64,000 nucleotides of DNA from Macrostomum lignano (lineage: Eukaryota). Numbering within the stretch: the stretch's first letter is position 1; every line of letters starts with the position of its first letter. A program made the translations under genes and the position numbers. The notes beneath the pieces are model-generated. The model was given only the letters and a program-made list of their open reading frames with translations, made no database searches and had not been told where the DNA came from. The DNA is taken from assembly GCA_002269645.1 (NCBI GenBank), contig NIVC01000305.1, positions 485,845-549,844 of the forward strand, given 5' to 3'. Positions 12,340 to 24,460 of this stretch are shown here, one piece after another.

Positions 12340-14190
12340 AATCAACAACAACAACAACAACAAAATACGCGACCCCGCATGCACAGTCAACAGTTAGAGC
12401 AGGGCGCCGCAGAGCCTGGGAGCGAACGAAGTCAGCTCCGTTGGCAGTGTCGGGCGCCCCAGCGTCGCACAGCAGGCAGTCCACGTATCGACGGGTTCGG
12501 GCTTGACCCCGCCTGAACGGACCCCGCAAGGTAAGCAGCAGGACGTCCTGAACAGGTTGGGGGCAGTAGCCCTCGGCCCGGATCACGTGGCCCGCCAGTT
12601 GAAGTCGCCGCCGGCGCAGGATGATGGACGGGCGCTGCAGCTTGGCCCGATCGTACAGGACCTCGGTCCCGACGCTCTCGTCAGCTCGAAAGGCCGCACG
12701 GAGCAGCCCTGAGTGCGCCGAGTCCAGCTGCCGCTCTAGCGTAGCCGTCAGCGTCACGTCTCGGCGTTGTATAGCAGGACGGTTTCGACCACCGCCTGCC
12801 ACAGCCGAGCCCTCTGGCGGTCGGGCAGCGCTTCGGACTGGAGGACGGCTCGGATCGAACGAAAGGCCGCTTAGGCAAGTCCTCTGCGCCGTCGGAGGTC
12901 CTCTTCCACGTGGGGCACCAAACCGCCGAGGTAGGTGAACCGCTGGCAGCGTGCGAGCCTGGTCGTCTGCCCGTCTGCGCCACGGCACGTCAAGTCCGCT
13001 GGGATGTCGGCCGGCACAGTCAGCACCTCGGTCTTCAGCGTGTTGACGATCAGACCGACGCTCGATGCCGCCTCGACCAGCCTGTCGATCTGGCGCTGGG
13101 CGCCTTCAACGGACGAGGACAGGAGGGCGAGGTCGTCGGCGTAGCCAAGCACGCTTAGGCGCTTTTCGCCATGGCGGCGATCGATGCGTCTGCGCAGCAG
13201 GAAGCCGTCATTAGCCGAGGGGAGTGAGGTCCGAAGCACCCAGTCCAGCAGCAGCACGAAGAGGAACGGCGCTAGCGTGTCGCCCTGCAGAACTCCTGAT
13301 GAAGTATCGAACAGGTCAGACAGACCGTCCGCCGTCACCACAGCAGCTCGAGTATCGCAATACAGCGCCATGACTGCGTTTACTAGCTGCTGGGGTACCC
13401 GGTAAGCTCGAAGGACAAAGGGAAGCGCGGCTCTCAACACCGAGTCAAACGCCTTTCGAAAGTCAACGAAGACAATGATCAGCATAGACTGGCGGATGCG
13501 CGCCTCCTCGATGACACGGCGGAGTGCGAGGATCTGTGTCACTGTACCGCGTTGTGGCCGGAATCCGTTCTGCTCGTACCGCAGGTACGGGTCCAGCACC
13601 GACTGCAGACGATCGAGCAGCAGCCGGTTGAAGAGCTTCGCGGTGCAGGACATCAGTGAGATCCCGCGGTGGTCTTCCTTCCGCGTTGTCCCTGCCTTCT
13701 TCGGGATCGGCACGATGTGCGCGACGGTCCACTCGGTAGGCGCAGGAGCGCCGGCGAGCACGCGGTTCATGACGCCTGTGACATGGGAGGCCACACAGCG
13801 GAGCCGCAGTACTTCGACCGGGACTTCGTCGGGGCCGAGCGCCTTGCCGCCTGATGTTTTCCGAGCGTACAGCACAACGTCCTCCGTGGTGACTGGTCTG
13901 GTGCAGAAGTCCTCCTCAGCTGGGAGCGGCTTGTCCAGTGGGAGCGCAAAGCTGGCGGGCAGCGGCGACGCGGGCGCGTTCACGATGCCGGCGAAGAAGT
14001 CGCGCAATTCATTCCTGCGTTCCTCCGGGGTGTCGCCGGCCAGGTTCAGCGCCACGCGCTTTTTGCGCCCCGTCAGAGTCCGGACGGCCGTCCACACTGC
14101 GCGGCTCTTCACGTCGGGGCCGGCAGCAGTGATGGACCTAATGGCGTCGTCGACAGCGGCCTGCTGCCGCTCGTCAAGAAGGCGCTCAAA
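12340..14190 (-). mobile_element. 5'-truncated, degenerate RTE-like LINE (RT domain and C-terminus)
   Basis: RT motifs GFRPQRGT, FVDFRKAFDSV, GVLQGDTLAPFLF, LGYADDL, FTYLGG. A premature TAA at 12871-12873 replaces W and a 1-nt deletion lies near 12755. (GTT)n 3' tail at ~12342-12365; no endonuclease domain; GC-rich against flanks. Confidence 0.93.
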
Positions 14191-14666
14191 TGCGGAAAAA
14201 AAGCGGAAAGAATAAACCGAAAAGATAAGAGAGAGGAAAGGAAAGAATGGAGAAAATAGGAGAATAAAAAAGGAAAAAACTCCTACAGTACTGGAAGTAA
14301 GTAAAGTGAAGTACAGGGAGGAGAGCGTTCATATGCCGCCGCATTAGTGTGGCTGAAAGTTCCTCATCAAATGTCTCTGTTAAAAAATTAAGCATTTGAA
14401 GGTCAAATTTAAAAATATTCCGTGAATAAAAAACTTTTTCGATTTGAACTCTTCTAAAAATAACGTTGTGATTCATCGGTACCTGCTACTATAAGTAGAA
14501 GTTAATATTTGTTCTACAATAGAAGAGCATGAATCTAAAAAAATCACTCAAATTGCTATAAATTCATTGCGGCAGAATTGTTATTTTGATTTGTAACATG
14601 TCTTTCATTTCCATCCTTAAATGCGTTGCTGTTAGAAAAGTTATGCTCGAGAAAGTGTGCAAAAAG

Positions 14667-17600
14667 CTATTCTAATTTTTCTAGAACTGCTGCACACTTA
14701 AGCCGTTGAAGTTTGCTCTCCAGCCACTGAGGCACGTCGCCGAGCATCCTGGAGCTTCTGCGCAGCTGCCGCAGCAGCTCCAGATCTGCACAACTCCAAA
14801 CTGCAGCCACCACCAGCTTCTGCTCATCCGCATCCTCCCTGTGCGCCACATCCCGTATCCAGTCTTGAGCAATGGAGTCTCCCGCCCCTAACAACTCGAA
14901 GCGGAGTGCCTGTAGCAGAGCGTCAAAGTTCACAACGTAGATGTCATTATAGCTCGTAGAAGAATCTTAATTGAAGAGGAATGGAATTGATGAAGATTTC
15001 ACTACTGAATGGAAGTTTTAGTCTACTCTCCAATTCGAAACAGAACTTCCATGCTGAGTCTCGGCTCCTCAGGTGCCGCCACACCAAGTCCCCAGTCGCC
15101 TCACTCGCCGACCTCTCAGCGGGCCAGTCGATGCCTCTGCTCGCCCTGAACGGCCTGCAGTCGTTCACGACTTTCGCTGCAGCCTCTCGGTCGCCGAACT
15201 TCAGGCAGCTCAGCGCTCTGAGAGACTCTCGCGTTGAGAAGGTGCAGTCTGGCAGCTTGCCGATCAGCTCCGAGAGACGCTGCCGGGACTCTTGGTCTGA
15301 TGTTTGGTTCAAAGTAGAGACTTGAAGTATCGCCATTTTCACAATGTCGTAGATCTCGTGGTACTCGCATTGATTGGCCGCAGGCACAGGCTCATCATAC
15401 AGGTGAGGCAGAATGAGGAACGGGTGGAAGTGGAATCGGCCCGTGTCGGTGACGGGTCGCAGGCTGTGCTCGAACTCCAGCAGCAGCTCAGGCAGCCTAT
15501 TGATCGCCTCTCTCACTGCATCGGCTGCCTCATTCAACGCTCGAGTCGCCTTCTCAGCTGATGAGGTGTCCACGCCTCTCAGGTACACAGCGGCATCGCC
15601 AAGGAAGAAGTGGTCCATGATCCTGGCGTCAGGTCCGCCTGATCTGCAGTCGCTCTCGAGCATCTGCAGCGAGCGTCTGGTGAGACTCACGAGATTCCGA
15701 GCGTCGCTCCACTGCTCAGCCGGTGTCTGCTCGAGCATTCGGAACGCGATGGTCTTTGCGTGATACGACTTGAAGCCGTTGTGTCGGACGGCCTTCTTCA
15801 GCAGCCACTTGAGCGTGACGAACAGCTGGCCCTGCAGAGTGGTGAGACTCCGCAGCAGCCGGTTCTCCAGGAAGCTGGTGCTCACTCGGAGCTGCTGGCC
15901 TCCTTTTCCGGGAGGCGCTGCGTGCACCACGTGACAGGGCGATGAAGCAGAGGTGAGGAGATGCTGGAGCGACTGCAGCACAGACTGGGGGATGCTTGAG
16001 TCGGAGACTCGGTTCTCAAGCAGCGGCGCGATGGGCGGGTAGCGGCAGAGGCGACGGGCGATCACAAAATCCACTGCTGGTCTCAGGATCGAGCCCTTGC
16101 AATTATTTGCAGGCTTTGATGCTTCGGTGATGATTCGGAAAAAAAGAAATTAAATTAGAAGTTAAATTGTTTTCCCAGTAGTAATGGCAAATTAACTAAA
16201 TAATCTGGTCAACTCACCGTATCCTGGCATGCAAACGTGTCCATTACTGTACTTAACTTTTGAAATACATGTATTGTCTTCACTACATTTGCACAGATCC
16301 TGTAGGTGGATGAGGCCAGGTAAGAGAAGCGCCAAGTCAATATCAGATTCAGGAGCTGTTGTGCCATCCAGAATTTCAAGATTGTTGCCGTAGCCTTCAG
16401 AAAAACTGCCAACCAAAAAGTAGTTTTCATATCTCAACCGCTTTCTCAAAATCTCCTGCATAACGTCGGCCACAGCGCTCTGCAAGGCGGCTCTCGAGTC
16501 CTGGAATCCCGAATTATTTAGAGCTGAGTGCAGCCTCTGACTTATTTCTGCGTCGGTATGCAGCCTGACGAATATAAAAATTGGAGAAATTCGATTTTCA
16601 TATGTATAGCATTGTTCTATCAATTTACTTGAAGAAGAGTCTTTGAATGCATCAAAGAATTAGAATTCTTGATAAAAATGTACAAACCTGTTTTGGGATG
16701 GCATCGGAATTTCGCGGCGAAGTTCGAGATTCAGTTTTAGGCACAGCAGTTCTGCAACAAGATCATTACCAAACTCTTTGGCGCAACTTAATGCGGCTTG
16801 CAACAATGCCCGACAATTGGAGAGAACTTCTGGCGTTAGCAGAAGCTCAACTATCTGATGGTGACCATTTTGAGCTGAAATCAAGATTGGATGCAAATGG
16901 GTATTCGTTGTTGAGTTGATGACGGCCTGAGCTTTGATGAGTAATCCCAGTACTAGGGGGTAACCATATTGCGATGCAATGTAGAGTGGCGACTTGCCAG
17001 AGTTGGTTGTTAGGTTCACGTCCGCTTGAGCATCAATAAGCAGCTGCACCACCTTTTAAGGATGCAACGCTTAGAGGTGACCAGCCACCCGACGCCTCTT
17101 GAAGATTGACGTCTGCTTTTGCTTTGATAAGTAACTCAACCACCTTAATGTGACCGTTTGCTGATGCTATGAAAAGAGGAGAAGAGCCATTGTTTCTTTG
17201 CAAATTAACATCTGCTCCAGATTTAATAAGTATGTCTACAACCTGACAGTGACCATTTTGAGCTGCAGTGTACAGAGGTGACAAACCTGTGTTTCGCTGC
17301 AAATTAACATTGGCTTTTGCATGCTTTGATGAGCATTTCTACAACTAGTGAATGTCCGTTGTGCGAGGCTATGTAGAGGGAGGAGCAGCCAGTGTTTTTT
17401 CTACAATTAACATTTGCATGCCCTCGAATGAGCAGCTCAACAACTTTGGAGTGACCGTTTTGTGACGCGATGTACAGTGGCGACTCACCGGAGTTCTCTT
17501 GAATATCGACTTCAGCTTGGGCTTCTATTAGAGCTTGAACGACTTCAAAGTGATCCGAAATTGATGCAACATACATGGCGGGGACTGACCGCAGTTTGTC

Positions 17601-17950
17601 CGAATATTGGCGTCCGCTTTTGCAGTAAAAAGTATCTTCACCAGCTGATGATGGCCTTGCTCTGATGCAATGTACAGAGCAGAGATTCCCTGCCTGTTTT
17701 GCCTATTGACATCTACTTTTTCTATAATAAGTTTCGACAAGAGGTCTTCCCATCCGTGTTGACAAGCCAGCATTACCGGAGTCAAATGCTCTCCTCTGAA
17801 TGCGTACAATCTGTCAAAATTCTTTCCTTGAAAAATATACTTCTCAACAACAGTAAATTTTTTGCTTCAATCGCAGCAATGAAATCATCATCAGTCACAG
17901 TCACTGTCGCAGAATCCGCGATAAAATTGCGTAGACAGCCAATGCATAGG
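14667..17950 (-). pseudogene. Ankyrin-repeat (~10) + cGAS-like Mab-21 nucleotidyltransferase (cGLR) gene, frameshifted as assembled
   Basis: ANK repeats lie at 17810-16700. An in-phase intron 16687-16565 (AG|gtttgt...tcag|G) joins them to the NTase exon 16564-16218 with GSFSEG...SDID. The Mab-21 exon (~16120-14667) has [13 protein letters not shown] and KSYHAKT. Frameshifts occur near 17810, 17578, 17320, 17050 and 14950; the 5' start is uncertain. Confidence 0.8.
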
Positions 17951-18707
17951 TAAATTACCAGGCTGACGAATGTCTGAAGGACTTCAAGCTGAATCATTTA
18001 TCGACAATTTCAATTTTGCACGCCTTGATCAGTCAGTCTACTATTCAGTCTCTTATATTTTGCTTCATCCAATGATGCAAAGGATTTTCCACGGAATTGC
18101 CTCGATCTGCATACTATTCCGTTTTTTTTCTTTCGGACAGTAGAATAATTGATGCATATGGTCGTGGGCCAATGGCTGAAGAGATCTGTTGATAGTATAA
18201 CCATAAAACTCATATCTAAACCATGAGTAAATTGCAAAGTTGATGATGAAATTATCGAAAAGATCGGTATAATAATGAGGAAGTAGAGATCCACATGTAC
18301 TCTTGCGTGTACGATCTTCAGACAGCACGGTTAGCAGTAGCTGTAAGCTATGATTTCGACTACTACATGTATATCGACTACTCGTCATCATCTCTAGTCG
18401 AATCCAGCGTCTTGACACTAACTCATATAGTCGCATTCACATGAAATCCTGCAGCTTGTACATAGCTCTCACCCAGCTCAAAGCGTCTCATCCCCCCAAA
18501 ATCTGACTGACCGTACTCATATTGGATAGAAAGTTCATCCCTCCCTTAAGTACATGTACACTACGCGTAAGTTTAGCTTGTGCACTTGTACTTTCACGAT
18601 AGACAGACTCGTAGCTAGTATATAGTAGCCACTAATCGTATATATAAAAAAGTACATGTTGTCGAGTGCGCGTGTACCGACACAGTTTGCTACTATTCGA
18701 TCAATAT

Positions 18708-18930
<223 letters not shown>

Positions 18931-20085
18931 ACAGTAAGAGCCAGCTTACTACAAAAGGCAGCGTCTGCACTCAAACCCCATCGTCTATGAATGATCTAAT
19001 ACATATGTACGGCTCGTACTATCTAAATACACTGTAGTGAGCACATTTTGCCAGAACGAGAACAATTTTGCAAATTTAGCTCTTGACACGTAAATATACG
19101 TTCCAGGGACTACTCAGGTAGTCCTTAACCGCAGATACGTGCATGTTCTCTCCAAAGGACCACTGTATAAACAGGACGTAAAACTCAAAGATCGTGTAAA
19201 TTTTAGGAGGTTGATTTCCTGGAAAAAATACACTGCGGAGATAGGAGAAAATCATTTTTTCATCATAAAGTTAATGATTGCATTTAATCTTTGGTTACAA
19301 ATGTATACAGTGGTCCTTGGTTCTCTCATTAAACATTGAAGTCCATCAGGCAAACTGCATATAGGCTTTGTAATAAACTATCTCAAATGCCGGTCTGACT
19401 TAATATAAAATTTTGACTTTGATTGAAACTTCAGCAGTTTTAAAACTACCCACGTGGATTAAGGGGGCGATTTTTGTTTTTAAATTAGAGCAGAGTAGTG
19501 CAAGCTTCTGGTAAAAACCATATTTTGCATCCCTCTAACAAAAAAACCGTCGCAAGTCCGATAGAACATTGTGATAGCTGTGATACTGTTAATGTAATTT
19601 ATTAAGTAAAAAATCGAAAAAAACTAGAAAATTAGAACAAACTAAGGCCAAATTTAGTGAAGGTATAGTTTTGGCTGTTTTATTACTCAAAAGGGAGAAA
19701 TGGTTTTCTTCGAAAAACAGGTAGTGGTTTAAAATAATTGTCTGTCCGTTTCCCCAAGTTATTTTTATTATTAGGGCCTATTCGTATTGATGTTCCATTT
19801 GTAACCACTGCAACAAAATAAGCTATATCTTGTTCAGCTCAGATTTGCATATTAAAATTTACAGATAAATTAGGGGCCTAAATTATTTGCATACACAACA
19901 AGCGTCTGTGTGAAATTTCAAATCCATAAAGCCACGCCACGCAAGTCGCAAGGCAAGGCTGAACAGCAAGGGTTTTTAATTTTAATGGTGTTCGTATTAG
20001 AAATGCATTAGCTAGCTATATGCTCAGAGTATTTAGGCCTATTAGGCCCAGAGTATGTATGCCTAGTTTGTAGCACTTGTACAGC

Positions 20086-20733
20086 TAGTGATGGAACGAA
20101 TTTCGATTTCGATTTCGATTTCATGTCAATAGGGGGCCTATTCCGAATTTCGAACCCAATTTTGGATCAAAATAATTTCGATTTCAATTTCAAATTTCGA
20201 CACCATTCTTCAAAAATCATTTCGAAATTTGGTTATTTCGGCAATTAGACCTGATCGTGATCATGCTATACAAGTAAAAAAATCTATAGGAAGTGAAAAG
20301 AAGTGCAGTTCAAAGACTCAGCGGTGGAGGCAAGAATTGCCTTTTCTATAAGAAAAGATTGTGCGGGGCACACACATTTTGATCCAGGCCTTGTCTTGCA
20401 CCCACCTCAACCTCCACAGTCCACAGAAGCCCACTACCTGAATGCATTGGTGTGGATTTTAATTGGCTAAAGACTTATAAAGCTGAATGAAATTGATGTA
20501 TAGATCTCCAGGTGTAGGCCTAAACAAAAAATGTAAGGCAAGCTAAATACATAGGGCCTATAACATGCAGTCTACAGATTTAAGGTGTTAAACTTTTTTG
20601 CATGATAAGGCCTAATAAAAATATAAAAATTTGTCAAGCTAAAAATTTCAATTTCATTTTCAATTTAAATTCAAAAGACCCTAAAATTTCTAATTTCAAT
20701 TTCAATATGAAAAATAATTTTAATCCATCACTA
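20086..20733. mobile_element. Non-autonomous hAT-type DNA transposon (MITE), 648 bp
   Basis: Perfect 10-bp TIR TAGTGATGGA...TCCATCACTA flanked by an 8-bp TSD, TGTACAGC (20078-20085) / TGCACAGC (20734-20741), with 1 mismatch. Confidence 0.8.
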
Positions 20734-21566
20734 TGCACAGCTCAGATTGGTTATAGGCCAAACTAATTTATAGATTATTGTATATAGACCTAGACCTAGA
20801 CCAATATCTAATTAATTTAAGATTTTTATTGATTTTAAAACATTTAATAAACTATATTAAATTGAATGCACCCTAAAATTTTAAATAAACAGCTTTAGAT
20901 ATAAAAAAGTTAATAAAAACCCTAAAAGAAAGTTTGATTAAAGTCTGTAAAATAGATAGGCCTAGTCTGGGTTCATAAAATAGCAAATATAAAAATTATT
21001 TTAGTCTAGGTCTGAGTCTGAGTCTGTAAATTAGGTATAACTATTTAGATTTGCTTGAAAAATTACAAAAAATTATTGCTCTATACAAAACAATTGGCTA
21101 GGCCTATCCTGTAGTTTCCTATAGTGACTGCTTTAAGCTAAGTAAGATTTACAGAATTCATTATTAATATTAAAATGGATAATAATAGGCCTATATATGA
21201 GTATGGACAATTGGGTCTATTAGGTATACAAAGTTCAATCAATGATTGACAATAGCATTGTTAGGCAGCTACTGATAGAACATCATTTATATTTTTATAT
21301 AGTTAGAGTTTTTAAGTTAAGATTTTTTGTTTTAACACTAATGCTTTTGCCATTTTATGGAATTTAAGATTTTCAATTACAATGGTGCCCAACATTGAGG
21401 GCCTAGTCATTTTTAGTAACTGGAGTTGATTCAAAGGCTTAGCCTAAGTTCTATAAAGTAATAATTAATAGGTATTGACATTGCCTTTTGGTTATTATTT
21501 ACTTAAGAATATAGATAGTTATTAATGATGCTTTGGATACATATAATATATATATTTATTCTGGCA

Positions 21567-22403
21567 TGATAACACCTGGAACTTATATTGCTACAAGAGA
21601 GCTGGGTGAGAGCGAAAGTGCTAGCTTCAGGCGATCCGAGCTGGCCGGCTAATTGATAGCAGGAGCAATCAGAGGCAGTCACGCGCAAAGTTGGGAGTCT
21701 TGGGAGTTCAGACTCAGATGCAAACTCAGCACACAAACTTAGAGTATTCGCTGGACGCAGAGAACGGTTACTCGGGAAAACGGGAGAGAAAGCGGGTTGG
21801 CAGAAAGGCTGAAAGGCTGAAAACGCTTGTCTGAGCCAATCCATGAGAGGGGCTGCATTTATAGAGAGGATCAATTGCACCATAGCACGAAAGACCCCCG
21901 CTAAGAGTCATAAGTGACTGTTGCTTTGTTTAGAAACAAACAAGCGGGCCCTGCCTCAGAGGAAGCAAAGGGGTCCGGGCGCATGTGATCTCCCCATAAA
22001 CACGAGTCTAGCGTACAATAATGAAATCATTGCACTTTGGACTAAAGAAGGAATAAGGCCTTGTCATGTGACTGGCTCACATGACAAGGGGAAAAGGCCC
22101 ACAAGTGAAGGCACTCGTGACCGTTGGACCGGAAAATTAGGACAGCACTCCAAATTTGGAGATGCCAAACAAGGAACGAAACAGAGGCAGGCCAGACCAA
22201 GCTGTCTGGACACTGCAAAACAAGAACACGAGGCAAACGAGGGCAAACGAGGACAAACAAGCAGACAGGCAAATGGGTGAGGGACAGGCCAGAGGACAGG
22301 CGGGAGGGACAGGAAACTGCCCAGCGGCAGACAGAAGCCTAGCGCGAGGGCGAGGGCAGCAGCTGACTAGTGTGGCGCCTAACTAAACTAGCGACTCATT
22401 ACA
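21567..22403 (-). repeat. 3' LTR of the Gypsy element (left boundary approximate)
   Basis: Begins TGTAATGAG directly after the PPT, contains TATAAAT at 21863-21857 (minus) and plausibly ends ...GTTATCA at 21567. No second LTR is present to confirm it. Confidence 0.6.
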
Positions 22404-22411
22404 CTCTCCCC
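22404..22411 (-). promoter_or_regulatory. Polypurine tract (GGGGAGAG) of the Gypsy element
   Basis: Minus strand reads GGGGAGAG|TGT at the LTR start. Confidence 0.7.
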
Positions 22412-22779
22412 ATTCAAATAAAGAGGCGGAGTGAAGCGGCGCGCGCTTTATTTAAAACAAGGTAACTGTGGATTTAATGACCATACAAAAGGAAACAAAC
22501 TTGAGCGTAAAAGGCTGAAAATGCGGTCTTAAAACTGCTTGGCTGGGCAGGCCATAAAGATTGTTGCCCGGTACTGCAAGGGCGCCGGCCTGCTATTAGC
22601 AAGCACCTAAATAGCACATGGTGGCGCCAGCCCACAGGAGTGATGGTGCCTAAATACGATGTGGGGGCGCCAGCCCACTAGAGAAAAAAGGGCGCCTAAG
22701 CACGCGTGGAGGCATCTGCATCCCCAACCGGGAGTGAGCTCTGGGTTGGCGAGAACACCTCAACCTGAATGAACAATGG

Positions 22780-23631
22780 TTAAAATGCGGCCCCTTCATT
22801 GTTTCGTGGCCGGGCTAGGGCTGCCGGCAGATCTGCTTTGCTGCCGCCAAGATGCCGGGCGATCTCGATCGCCGCCGGGTGTACAGCGTACTGGCAGTAC
22901 AGTTGCTGCAAGTCTGGACCGCCCAGACGAACGGCCTCTTCGAGCAGGGCCGAGCGTTCTTCAACCGTCGTCCAGCGCAGGCTGCTCCATACCGGACCAG
23001 CGAGCGCCTGGGGCCAGTGGCCATGTCGAGTCGCATCGACCAAGATGTTACGCGCTAGGCAGGCAGCGGCGGTCAGCAGCGCCGCTCGTCCCTCATCGGT
23101 GGGTAGAGCTGGCCCCGGGCCGGTCGTTTGCGTGCTAGCATCCACCAGCTGTGGCGGGCTCTCTGGCGTTGACGGCGGCGCGCGGGGCAGCTTGCGGCGC
23201 AGTGCTGCCGCCAGGCCATCCCAGAGACCTGCGGGCTCGGCTGATTCCTCCTGGCCGACCTCTGGCGGTGGGAGGCCCTGGGTCAACAACATGGGCGATC
23301 CGGCCAGGTCGTTGTGGGCCCCGAACTGGGGCGGAGGCTGGGGGTCTCCGTCCATGGCCTTGCCGCGGTCGGCCTGGCGAATGACTCACGGAGGTTCCGG
23401 ACCGGGATCTGGAAAAGAACTCCTGATGTGGCGACGGACCTCACGCAGGCCGCGGCTCAACTCCTGCTCTAACTGAGCGTAGGCAAGAGCAGCTGCCAAA
23501 CGTTGAGCCATGAGGTGCCGAACACGCGCGTTGTCCAGTGGAGAGTCGATCATCAGGTCGATGACCTCCGGGACTTCAGCCCGGGCGGTGCATTGCACCC
23601 TACAGCTTGGTTGGTTCCGTCGTGGTTCCGG
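22780..23631 (-). pseudogene. Extra Gypsy 3' ORF (env position), Pro/Ala-rich, ~280 aa with one in-frame stop at 23388-23386; function unknown
   Basis: ORFs 23386-23598 and 22780-23355 are in the same frame, separated by a single TGA. GC-rich and coding-like, between IN and the PPT. Confidence 0.55.
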
Positions 23632-24034
23632 AGATCATTGATCTGCGCTGATTGACGGACAGCTCACAAAATAGCAGAGAGAGAAATATTCAGTTTTAAT
23701 CAAACTGGAAGGTTTACAAACTTGTAGCTTTTCTCCTGAAATCATAAGGAAAGGAAAGGGGATACTTCTGCACTTTGATTGCGTGCGAAGAAGTGTACAG
23801 CAAACGGGGATGCGCAAAATCAGATGAAAACACAAAAAAACGCAATGATGTAACTGTATCGCATTGATTAAATAAGGACGCATTGATTAAATATTGACTA
23901 TTGTTGCATTAGTGTGTGCTTTTACCGCAAAGCATAAAGATCAATACAAAGCGCATGGTGCTGATTACTAAATCGCATCGAAGGAATAGCAGAATCGCAC
24001 ACTATACATGAGCATGGAAAATGGTTCAAATACA

Positions 24035-24460
24035 CTGCTTTTAGCCAGAAAGCATAAGGAAACGGCAAAAAAAATTGACAGCTGCTTTTATCCCTCAAGC
24101 ATAAGGAAAAGTACAAAATTGGCTGCTTTTTTTTCCCTCAAGCATAAGGAAAAGTACAGGAAAGTATAGCAAAATTGACACCTGCTTTTATCCCGAAAGC
24201 ATAAGGAGACAGAAATTACGGCAAAATTAAACACTTGCTTTTATCCCAAAAGCATAAGGAAAAGTACATTGAAGTTAAAATTTGACGCCTGCTTTTATTC
24301 GGAAAGCATAAGGAGACAGAAATAGCTTTTATCTCTGAAGCATAAGGAAAAGTACATTGAAATTAAAATTTGATGCCTGCTTTTATCCAGAAAGCATAAG
24401 GAGAACAGAAATTATGGCAAAATTAAACACTTGCTTTTATCCCAAAAGCATAAGGAAGAG
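24035..24460. repeat. Nine-copy array of GCTTT-N7-AAAGC-ATAAGGA motif with variable linkers, inside the Gypsy element
   Basis: Copies near 24037, 24084, 24125, 24184, 24237, 24291, 24325, 24379 and 24433. Confidence 0.85.

Noticed and set aside
12503-14215. Plus-strand ORFs over the LINE, and likewise 22776-23476, 24487-26115 and 26979-27662 over Gypsy
   Set aside because: Antisense shadows of GC-rich coding sequence.
18010-18436. ORFs upstream of ANK-cGLR
   Set aside because: No recognisable motifs or splice link in any frame.
24035-24460. CRISPR-like palindromic repeat with spacers
   Set aside because: Linkers are related to each other and vary in length, and the array lies within a Gypsy element; reported as a hairpin array instead.
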